A DNA stretch of 64,000 bases from assembly GCA_001029635.1 (NCBI GenBank), contig CP011209.1:286866-350865 (forward strand), given 5' to 3'. The translations under genes and the position numbers were made by a program. The DNA comes from Candidatus Wolfebacteria bacterium GW2011_GWB1_47_1. GTDB lineage: Bacteria; Patescibacteriota; Minisyncoccia; UBA6257; UBA9933. The first letter of the stretch is position 1. Each line of letters opens with the position of its first letter. Positions 57,591-64,000 of the stretch are shown piece after piece. The notes under the pieces were generated by a model, which was given only the letters and a program-made list of their open reading frames with translations, made no database searches and had not been told where the DNA came from.

Positions 57591-59606
57591 ATGCAGACAA
57601 AGAATATCATTCATCTGTCAGGAGTCGCAATTGCGATCATACTATCGTTGGTCATTGCGCAAGAGGGATTCGCATGGACGAGTCCAACGAGCAACCCACC
57701 GATAAGCACACCGGCAATAGCGGTATCAGGAAGCAGTGTCGGTATTGGTACTGTAAACCCGCAAGAAAAACTCGAAGTCATCGGAAACATTCGATTTCCG
57801 GATAACACTGCATGGACGCTGACCAAGCGTGCAGACAATGTACAACCCTTGATTCGCACATCTCGTACGGATAATTCTCAGGTGGGGTTATTTCAAATCA
57901 ATGGATGGGGAGACTATTCTTTTGACCGCTCACTCGGCATCGGCTATGACCTCGCAGGAGGGACTATGGGGGCAGGTAATGTATTCATTGCTGGACGACA
58001 GACGATCGGCACCGCAACGCCTGACGCAAACTATCGCCTCACCACCAGCGGTGGCGGTATTAAGGCAGAAAACAACAGCGCAACCCAGCCTGCCGGCTAT
58101 TTCAATAATGCAGGCGGAGGCCCTGCCATTACCGTCGGCACGGGAGGTCTTACGTTGGGAGGTGTGAATCGCACAACATGGGGGAGTGGAGACAATCTCG
58201 GCAACCATACCGCAACCGCTGCCTTGAATATGTCAGGCAATGATATTACCGCATTGCGTAACCTAACCCTGAGTGGGACTATGACCCCGAACGGGGTTGG
58301 ATTTGATTCGGGTCTCACCGGCGACCGTGCCTATCAGTTCGGCTATCAGGAGGGAGGCGCGTGGGCGTTCCCGTATCCTGATCTGATCTTTGGCTATCAT
58401 ACCGGTGTTAAAATCGGTGGATATTATGGCTATGGCGGAACCCGTTTTTATAACGACCATCCATCTCGCGCTGGCGCAACGGAGATCCTTTCCGTAGGCA
58501 ATGGCGACAACCACGTACGTGTTGCGAATAATCTGTATGTTACGGGCAATGTCGGCATCGGCACATCCGCGCCTGCCGTAAAGCTGCATGTGAACGGATC
58601 AGTGCGAGGCGATCAGGCTGGCGCATTGCGCATCGACAGCGGAAGCGGAGTGCTTGATATTGGCGCGATGAACGCAGGCTATGCGCATTTCCAGACCGAT
58701 CGACCCTCATTCTATTTGAATAAAACAACAGCCATAGATGGCGCATTGACCAACTATTCCAATGCGTATCATTTGGCGCAGAGCGGCGTCTCTTATTTGA
58801 ATGGCGGCAATATCGGTATCGGTACGACAGATCCAACTTCCCAAATGGCGGGAACGCAAGGTATCGGTATCTTCAAGAATAACTACCCCGCGATCGGATT
58901 CAAGAACGATTCGTCTTCATGGCTTTGGTATGCCAGTGGTGTAACATTTCGCTTGTGGAATGCCTCTGCGGGAGATTTATTGACCGCGAATACTTCCGGC
59001 AATGTTGGGATTGGTACCATAACTCCAGCGCAAAAATTAGATGTAAATGGATATATTAAAGGGTCTGGATTATGTATTGGAACCGACTGTAAGACGGCAT
59101 GGAATCAGGTAGTTGTAGTCCCCGTGGCAACTGCATCAACAACATGCATTACTCCGAATTATTGCATCACTCCGGTAACGGACATTATCTATAATCTAGC
59201 TGCGGTACCGAATACATTGCGTTCGCAAAATACACCAGGAACAACGAATGAATCGAACGTTATTTGTTTGAGTGTGAATTATTGTATCGTGGCTGCGACC
59301 AATAAGATTTACCTATTAGATGCGGCAACGAATGCAATACGCTCACAGAACACTTCCGGAACGGTCGGGAAGTCAAAAATCATTTGCCTTTCGACTAATT
59401 ATTGCGTCAGTACGGGAACGGATATTATCTATACGCTCGATGCGGTAACGAATATATTGCGTTCTCAGCCTGCTCCAGGCGTAAGCGCTACGTCACCGTT
59501 TACTTGTAGTACCGTGAATTATTGCGTCATATTAGGAACAAATAAGACGTATGTGTATGATGCGCAGGTAAACACACTGCGTTCTCAAAATACTCCCGGA
59601 ACGTAA
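57591..59606 (+). CDS. Secreted tail-fibre-like repeat protein with five C-terminal ~37-aa Cys-containing repeats
   Basis: Signal peptide, then repeated (V/I)GIGT..P..KL.VNG motifs shared with 54943..56208. C-terminal repeats C..NYC......IY.LDA.TN.LRSQNT.GT x5. Confidence 0.55.
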   Translation: MQTKNIIHLSGVAIAIILSLVIAQEGFAWTSPTSNPPISTPAIAVSGSSVGIGTVNPQEKLEVIGNIRFPDNTAWTLTKRADNVQPLIRTSRTDNSQVGLFQINGWGDYSFDRSLGIGYDLAGGTMGAGNVFIAGRQTIGTATPDANYRLTTSGGGIKAENNSATQPAGYFNNAGGGPAITVGTGGLTLGGVNRTTWGSGDNLGNHTATAALNMSGNDITALRNLTLSGTMTPNGVGFDSGLTGDRAYQFGYQEGGAWAFPYPDLIFGYHTGVKIGGYYGYGGTRFYNDHPSRAGATEILSVGNGDNHVRVANNLYVTGNVGIGTSAPAVKLHVNGSVRGDQAGALRIDSGSGVLDIGAMNAGYAHFQTDRPSFYLNKTTAIDGALTNYSNAYHLAQSGVSYLNGGNIGIGTTDPTSQMAGTQGIGIFKNNYPAIGFKNDSSSWLWYASGVTFRLWNASAGDLLTANTSGNVGIGTITPAQKLDVNGYIKGSGLCIGTDCKTAWNQVVVVPVATASTTCITPNYCITPVTDIIYNLAAVPNTLRSQNTPGTTNESNVICLSVNYCIVAATNKIYLLDAATNAIRSQNTSGTVGKSKIICLSTNYCVSTGTDIIYTLDAVTNILRSQPAPGVSATSPFTCSTVNYCVILGTNKTYVYDAQVNTLRSQNTPGT

Positions 59607-59751
59607 ATCATCGTATGTGTGAGGTTTGTTCGCGATTGGCATCAAATGGGCTTTCGCGTCGATCTGGGGCCTGGTAAGGCCCCTTGCTTTTTTTGGGCAT
59701 TTTCCGTACACTATCTGCACATTCCTTTAGTAATAAGGAATTTATTAATTT

Positions 59752-60489
59752 ATGGATAATAAAATAACCACAGAAGCAGTCGAGGGGATGACCCACACCG
59801 ACGAGATCGATGTCGACATGAACCTGATCAAGGAAATGGCCGACAATGGGTTGTTGTATGGACACAAGAAACAGCGGACTCATCCGCGTTTTAAGCAGTT
59901 CATCTACACCACTCGTAATGGTGTCGAGATCATCGACTTGGCGAAAACGTCGAAAAAGATCGACGAAGCAGTAGCGTTTTTGAACGCACAACTGAAAGAG
60001 AACAAAACCGTACTCGTGGTCGGGACTCAGGCAGCGAGCTGGGACGCGGTTGAGTCATTTGCGAAGAAATTCGACATGCCGTACGTAAAGAACGGTTGGA
60101 TCGGCGGACTCGTCACCAACTTTAAAGTCGTCGGACAGCGTTTGGACTATCTCCGCAAGGCACTTGTGTCTATTGAGAAGGGCGAATTCGACAAGTACAC
60201 TAAGAAGGAGCGCGTGACCATTAACCGAAAGATCGACAAGATGAAGATCATGTTCGAGGGAATGGACAATTTGACCAAGACCCCGGACGTCATGTTCGTC
60301 ATCGACGGTTCACTCCGCAATCACATCACTGCGATCAAGGAGGCTGCAACGTTGAAGATCCCGGTAGTTGCCATCATCGATAGTGATGACAATCCCGATC
60401 TGGTAACGTACCCGATCCCGGCAAATGACCATGCCAAGTTGAGCATCACTTGGATGTTGAACCATCTCGGCGATAGGCTTAAGGTATAA
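59752..60489 (+). CDS. rpsB: 30S ribosomal protein S2
   Basis: LLYGHKKQRTHPRFKQFIYTTRNGVEIIDL and later S2 motifs. Confidence 0.9.
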   Translation: MDNKITTEAVEGMTHTDEIDVDMNLIKEMADNGLLYGHKKQRTHPRFKQFIYTTRNGVEIIDLAKTSKKIDEAVAFLNAQLKENKTVLVVGTQAASWDAVESFAKKFDMPYVKNGWIGGLVTNFKVVGQRLDYLRKALVSIEKGEFDKYTKKERVTINRKIDKMKIMFEGMDNLTKTPDVMFVIDGSLRNHITAIKEAATLKIPVVAIIDSDDNPDLVTYPIPANDHAKLSITWMLNHLGDRLKV

Positions 60490-60495
60490 GCTAAA

Positions 60496-60620
60496 ATACG
60501 TGAGATTTGCGAACTACTTTGTTGCGGGCCCCTGCCGACTCGGTCGATGTGCAGCTAGCACACCCCCTCGTCGGCTTTCCCGCGCCGCGTATTTCATCAA
60601 ATCTCGCGTATTTTTTAAAA
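60496..60620 (+). repeat. ~125-nt GC-rich rod-like hairpin element plus T-run (copy 1), between rpsB and tsf
   Basis: Outer stem acgtgagatttg / caaatctcgcgt. Core gttgcgggcccctgccgactcggtcgatgtgca...ttcccgcgcc. Ends ttttttaaaa. A paralogous copy lies at 63136-63260. Confidence 0.55.
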
Positions 60621-60669
60621 TCGACAAAAGGTTCTATAATTAATCTATTCACATAATATTTTTACTAGT

Positions 60670-61113
60670 ATGGCAATGGAAGATATCGCAAAATTGCGTG
60701 AATTGACTGGGGCTGGCGTTGTAGAATGCAAAAAAGCATTCGATGAAGCTGAGGGTGATTTTGATCGGGCAAAGGATATTTTGTTCGAGCGCGGCATTGC
60801 CCGCGCTGAAAAGAAGAGTGATCGCGCGACTGGAGCGGGATTGTTGCAGACTTATACCCACAACGGACGTGTTTCCGTCATGGTTGAGTTGCGCTGCGAG
60901 ACCGACTTCGTCGCCCGTAATGAAAAATTCCAGGATATGGCGCATGGTATTGCGATGCACATCGCGGCTATGGCCCCGGAAACCGTCGAGGAGCTTTACG
61001 GACAGCAGTTCGTCAAGGATCCGTCCATGACCGTCGAGGAGCTCGTCAAGAGTATGATTGGCACCATCGGAGAGAACATTAAGGTGGAGAAGTTTGCTCG
61101 ATTCGAGATTTGA
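60670..61113 (+). CDS. tsf: Elongation factor Ts (short form)
   Basis: N-terminal UBA-like region LRELTGAGVVECKKAF plus the dimerisation core. Confidence 0.85.
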   Translation: MAMEDIAKLRELTGAGVVECKKAFDEAEGDFDRAKDILFERGIARAEKKSDRATGAGLLQTYTHNGRVSVMVELRCETDFVARNEKFQDMAHGIAMHIAAMAPETVEELYGQQFVKDPSMTVEELVKSMIGTIGENIKVEKFARFEI

Positions 61114-61217
61114 GCTTAGAGCCTCGAGATATGAGGACAGACAAATCCCAGCCCGTCGCATGATAGGCTGGGATTTGTTTTTACGGCAATTTTTAACGTA
61201 TAATATAGATATTAACT

Positions 61218-61673
61218 ATGTATCACTTCGTACTACAAATCATCATCATGCTCTCGCTGGGCATGTTGGTCTACATGGCTGCGCGGAAGATTCCGCAGAT
61301 ATCCGATACGGTTCCTGAAGAGAATATCGGCCATCCGAAGGGGTTCTGGCATCAGATCGAGCTTATCCTTGGTAAGTTGCCTTTAGATAAGTTTGATTTT
61401 GCGGTAAGTCAGTTTCTTGAAAAGAACATCCGAAAGATGAAGTTGTTCCTTGCGCGATTGGATAATTATTTGACGCACCATCTGGAACAGTTCAAAAAGG
61501 TTAAGCAGCGTGCACATCGTAAGCAAGAAAAGAAGTTTGCCCTATTTGAGTCTACTGAGACCTCTGAGAGACAGGAAGATCTTGTAACGACCGCTGAGCG
61601 GGAAGAAGGGCAATCTCGCTCTACTGAATCCTCCGAGACCCTTAAAAAGGAGGAATCAGGTCTTGCAAAATAA
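61218..61673 (+). CDS. Hypothetical membrane-anchored protein with a charged tail
   Basis: N-terminal TM then a Lys/Glu-rich region. 151 aa. Confidence 0.35.
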   Translation: MYHFVLQIIIMLSLGMLVYMAARKIPQISDTVPEENIGHPKGFWHQIELILGKLPLDKFDFAVSQFLEKNIRKMKLFLARLDNYLTHHLEQFKKVKQRAHRKQEKKFALFESTETSERQEDLVTTAEREEGQSRSTESSETLKKEESGLAK

Positions 61674-61700
61674 TTTCCAATAAGGCATTATTGGAAAACT

Positions 61701-61787
61701 GGGTGGGTAGTCCCGTAGGGGCCGGGAGCAGACTGTAAATCTGTCAGGCATGTACTCGCGTGAGTTCGACTCTCACCTCACCCACCA
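61701..61787 (+). tRNA. tRNA-Tyr (anticodon GTA), type II with a long variable arm and encoded CCA
   Basis: Acceptor GGGTGGG / CTCACCC. Anticodon arm gcaga-CTGTAAA-tctgt. T-arm gtgag-TTCGACT-ctcac, then A-CCA. There is one extra nucleotide between the acceptor and D stems, which needs a covariance-model check. Confidence 0.7.
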
Positions 61788-61871
61788 AAACAAAAAGCCC
61801 GAAAGGGCTTTTATTTTTAGGAGGATTTTCTAGTCTAGTTATATGATTTTAACAACTGGTTTGTTATAATA

Positions 61872-62492
61872 TTGTATATGAAAACTCTGAAAGACGAACA
61901 GCGAGAAATCGCGAGACTTTATATGGATGAGGGATATTCTATGATGCAAATCGCTCAGCAATTTAAATGTTCGGTATCCACTATTAGGTATTGGTTAGAC
62001 AAAAATAATGTTAAAAGGCGTTCTATAAACGAAGCAATAAACAATATATATAGTACGAAGTTTAATAAAGACCCTTTTTATTTAAATAAAAATCTATCTA
62101 AAAAAGATGAAGAGTTAAAAATAGCTGGCACCATGCTTTATTGGGGAGAAGGTGCAAAAACAGGGAATGCTGTTAAATTTGCTAATAGTGATCCGGAAAT
62201 GATCGTTTTATTTATAAATTTTCTTATTAAAGTTTGTGGAATTTCTCAAAATCGATTAAAGGTTTTAATGCATATATACCCTGACCATGATGAAGAGGCT
62301 CTAAAGGCTTTTTGGTCGCGAACTACACATATCCCGACGGATAGGTTTTATAAGTCCCATGTTCATATAGGGAAGATTGGGACATATAAGCGAAAATCGC
62401 CCTATGGGACGCTTGCGGTCAGTTATTCGGATAAAAAATTACTAAACATCCTTTTGTCTTGGATAGATCAATGTAAGCAAGATCTTCAATAA
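61872..62492 (+). CDS. AT-rich ORF: N-terminal HTH plus a LAGLIDADG-like motif; putative homing-endonuclease-like protein
   Basis: EQREIARLYMDEGYSMMQIAQQFKCSVSTIRYWL is a sigma-r4/HTH_23-type helix-turn-helix. GTMLYWGEGAKTG..VKFANSD resembles a single LAGLIDADG motif. Lower GC than its flanks. Confidence 0.4.
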   Translation: MYMKTLKDEQREIARLYMDEGYSMMQIAQQFKCSVSTIRYWLDKNNVKRRSINEAINNIYSTKFNKDPFYLNKNLSKKDEELKIAGTMLYWGEGAKTGNAVKFANSDPEMIVLFINFLIKVCGISQNRLKVLMHIYPDHDEEALKAFWSRTTHIPTDRFYKSHVHIGKIGTYKRKSPYGTLAVSYSDKKLLNILLSWIDQCKQDLQ

Positions 62493-62554
62493 TTGATACT
62501 TTGACAATTTTGATCAGGTATATTAAACTTGAAAAATAATTTAATGGCATTAGT

Positions 62555-62833
62555 GCCGATGTAGCTCAGTTGGTAGAGCAGCTCCATGGTGGGTCGCAAA
62601 CCCCCGCCCACTCCGATAGGAATATCGAAGTGAATCCCGAATAACGGTTAAAGTCCGCCTAAGGCGGATCAGACCGTGGCGCTCCGGCGCCCGAACGACT
62701 GACAAGGGGATCCTTACTCGTTGTAAAACGAACGGTTCAAGATACAGTCTAGCCCGTCTATAATTCGCCTTGTGCGATGAAATGAAGGTGTAAGCGAAGG
62801 AGCAGGTCGAAGGTTCGAATCCTTTCATCGGCT
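62555..62833 (+). tRNA. tRNA-Thr (anticodon GGT) interrupted by a ~206-nt group-I-like intron between positions 36 and 37
   Basis: 5' exon GCCGATGTAGCTCAGTTGGTAGAGCAGCTCCATGGT (62555-62590). 3' exon AAGGAGCAGGTCGAAGGTTCGAATCCTTTCATCGGCT (62797-62833). The two exons reconstitute perfect acceptor (GCCGATG / CATCGGC) and anticodon (GCTCC / GGAGC) stems. Confidence 0.7.
62591..62796 (+). ncRNA. Group-I-like intron in the tRNA-Thr anticodon loop
   Basis: The 5' exon ends in U and the insert ends in G (omegaG). Internal hairpins ccgcctaaggcgg and ggcgctccggcgcc. P3-like ggatc...gatcc. P7-like gactg...cagtc, with caagatacagtcta resembling the conserved S element AAGATATAGTC. Confidence 0.5.
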
Positions 62834-62845
62834 CATTTTTTGTTG

Positions 62846-62921
62846 GCCAGCATAGCTCAGTTGGTAGAGCAGTTGCTTTGTAAGCATCAGGTCGTGGGTT
62901 CGAATCCCTCTGCTGGCTCCA
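62846..62921 (+). tRNA. tRNA-Thr (anticodon TGT) with encoded CCA
   Basis: GCCAGCA-TA-GCTC-AGTTGGTA-GAGC-A-GTTGC-TTTGTAA-GCATC-AGGTC-GTGGG-TTCGAAT-CCCTC-TGCTGGC-T-CCA. Two U.U mismatches in the stems. Confidence 0.7.
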
Positions 62922-62962
62922 GGGTTGCAAAATATAAAGAACCGTGATATATAATAAAGACT

Positions 62963-63133
62963 ATGGCGAAATCAAAGCTTAAAGAACAACTGACCCGTCT
63001 GCGCTGTGCAACCTGTAAGCACGTCAATTACCATACCCGGAAGAACAAAAAGTCTGTTTCCCGGAAGATCGAACTGAACAAGTTCTGTGATTGGTGCAGG
63101 GTTCATACTACGCATAAGGAGGCACGCAAATAA
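62963..63133 (+). CDS. rpmG: 50S ribosomal protein L33
   Basis: MAKSKLKEQLTRLRCATCKHVNYHTRKNKKSVSRKIELNKFCDWCRVHTTHKEARK (56 aa; too short for the ORF track). Confidence 0.85.
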   Translation: MAKSKLKEQLTRLRCATCKHVNYHTRKNKKSVSRKIELNKFCDWCRVHTTHKEARK

Positions 63134-63135
63134 AA

Positions 63136-63260
63136 AACTCTGGTATTTTGCGAATCGCTGTGTTGCGGGGCCCTGCCGGCTTGGTCGGTGTGCAATGAGT
63201 ACACCTTCCGCGCCGGCCTTCCCGCGCCTTGCGCTTCATCAAAATACCAAAGTTTTTTAA
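63136..63260 (+). repeat. ~125-nt GC-rich rod-like hairpin element plus T-run (copy 2), after rpmG
   Basis: Outer stem ctctggtattttg / caaaataccaaag. Core gttgcggggccctgccggcttggtcggtgtgca...ttcccgcgcc. Ends ttttttaaaa. Confidence 0.55.
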
Positions 63261-63340
63261 AATATTTGTATTGCATAAACAATGCGTCATAAGTATACTG
63301 AATATGCTTTTGGCGCATTTTTTATAAGAGCGTTTATAAC

Positions 63341-63411
63341 GGGGGATTAGTTAAATGGTATAATTTCTCTCTCCAAAAGAGAAGTCGAGGGTTCGATTCC
63401 TTCATCCCCCG
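63341..63411 (+). tRNA. tRNA-Trp (anticodon CCA)
   Basis: GGGGGAT-TA-GTTA-AATGGTA-TAAT-T-TCTCT-CTCCAAA-AGAGA-AGTC-GAGGG-TTCGATT-CCTTC-ATCCCCC-G. Confidence 0.75.
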
Positions 63412-63645
63412 CAATTTAGAAAATAGACCTTATAGGGTCTATTTTCTCGTCAGGAATTATATAAAAGTCATTATGTATTTAGTAGCGGCACCCGGCTCAT
63501 TTTCTAACGGGGCCCGCACACAAGCAAAAGAGAATCCGTAATGGGTTCTTTTTGTGTCGGTATTGACATATTTATACAAATGTGGTAGTTTATATCCAGA
63601 TCATCAAATTCGTCCATTGGACGTTAAACAGCAAGGAGACTTCAT

Positions 63646-63987
63646 ATGGTAGAAAGGCAGATTAAGACGCTCATATTAGCATTCCTCTTTGCCCTGACTT
63701 CTTCTGTCTGTACCTACTTGGTTACAGACGAACTTGTTGGGGAAAAGCAATTCGCTATGGGGCTGGAAGCCGGCAAGGGGCAGCTCAAGGAAGCAATGAC
63801 CGGCGATGTCTACGAGCTGAAGATGGTAGGGGTGAAGGACGGGAAGGTCTATGATGTGGAGAGCTCATATGGCTACTCCGTTAATGGCCAGTCCGTCGTG
63901 AAACGCATCCCTACTGAGGCGGTGGTCGGCGATAATGTAGTGTGCGTACGGGCGGGTGATGAAATCCGAATCATCTCCCACCCATAG
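63646..63987 (+). CDS. Hypothetical small secreted or membrane-anchored protein
   Basis: N-terminal hydrophobic segment. 113 aa. Not SecE-like despite sitting after tRNA-Trp. Confidence 0.35.
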   Translation: MVERQIKTLILAFLFALTSSVCTYLVTDELVGEKQFAMGLEAGKGQLKEAMTGDVYELKMVGVKDGKVYDVESSYGYSVNGQSVVKRIPTEAVVGDNVVCVRAGDEIRIISHP

Positions 63988-64000
63988 GTAGCTTCCCGGC

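Noticed and set aside
62550-62930. 126-aa minus-strand ORF (..RDSNPRP..ALPTEL..)
   Set aside because: Classic antisense translation of tRNA genes. The region contains two tRNAs and an intron.
63646-63987. SecE, as expected downstream of tRNA-Trp and rpmG
   Set aside because: The sequence has an N-terminal rather than C-terminal hydrophobic segment and no SecE signature. The window ends before nusG could be seen.
1-64000. CRISPR arrays, rRNA genes, IS/transposase or integrase genes
   Set aside because: No regularly spaced short direct repeats, no rRNA-like segments and no DDE or tyrosine-recombinase motifs were seen.

Overview
This 64 kb window looks like a small-genome, CPR/Patescibacteria-like bacterium. 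That call is inference from gene content and compact proteins (147-aa EF-Ts, 183-aa RecO, 733-aa SMC, 739-aa PolA) and weak or absent SD sequences. Coordinates 1-16.8 kb form a lower-GC accessory island. It holds 11 tandem paralogous genes for secreted proteins; some are ~360-aa beta-jelly-roll-like, others beta-helix or CBM-like. All 11 share an almost identical signal peptide (MQKQILKIFFFLAIFFLLPNFSQA) and an extreme C-terminal tag, consensus D-[IV]-[IT]-A-P-A-[AS]-P-[TS]-G-L-G-V-[EMIQT]-COOH. They are linked by conserved 3'UTR elements and AT-rich octamer repeats. Two fibronectin-III proteins follow: a 120-aa membrane-anchored one and a 568-aa one with a peptidoglycan-binding domain. The N-terminal Fn3 domain of each begins exactly at the B-strand (..TLTWNAN..), so the A-strand is missing. 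The shared tag has the sequence of an Fn3 A-strand (PxAPxGLxV). I read this as a candidate tag-and-anchor surface-display system in which the tag completes the Fn3 fold, in the manner of cohesin-dockerin docking or donor-strand complementation. The rest of the window is housekeeping: cdaA-ybbR fusion, archease, recO, glyQS, holB, frr, rseP, truB-acylphosphatase fusion, PfkB kinase, split-transketolase C subunit, beta-CASP RNase, pilB/gspE, rpsP-KH, smc, rnc, nusB, rpmF, ruvB, yidC, jag, polA, eno, rpsB, tsf, rpmG and four tRNAs. Other notable items: a tRNA-Thr(GGU) interrupted by a ~206-nt group-I-like intron next to an AT-rich HTH/LAGLIDADG-like ORF; three tandem paralogous membrane-protein genes, each with its own terminator-promoter module; a pilin-like protein and a tail-fibre-like repeat protein sharing endosialidase-chaperone-type motifs; a candidate ~240-nt sRNA with a consensus promoter; MITE/REP-like GTCATTCC..GGAATGAC repeats; and two ~125-nt rod-like GC-rich elements after rpsB and rpmG. 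No CRISPR array, rRNA or classical transposase was seen.
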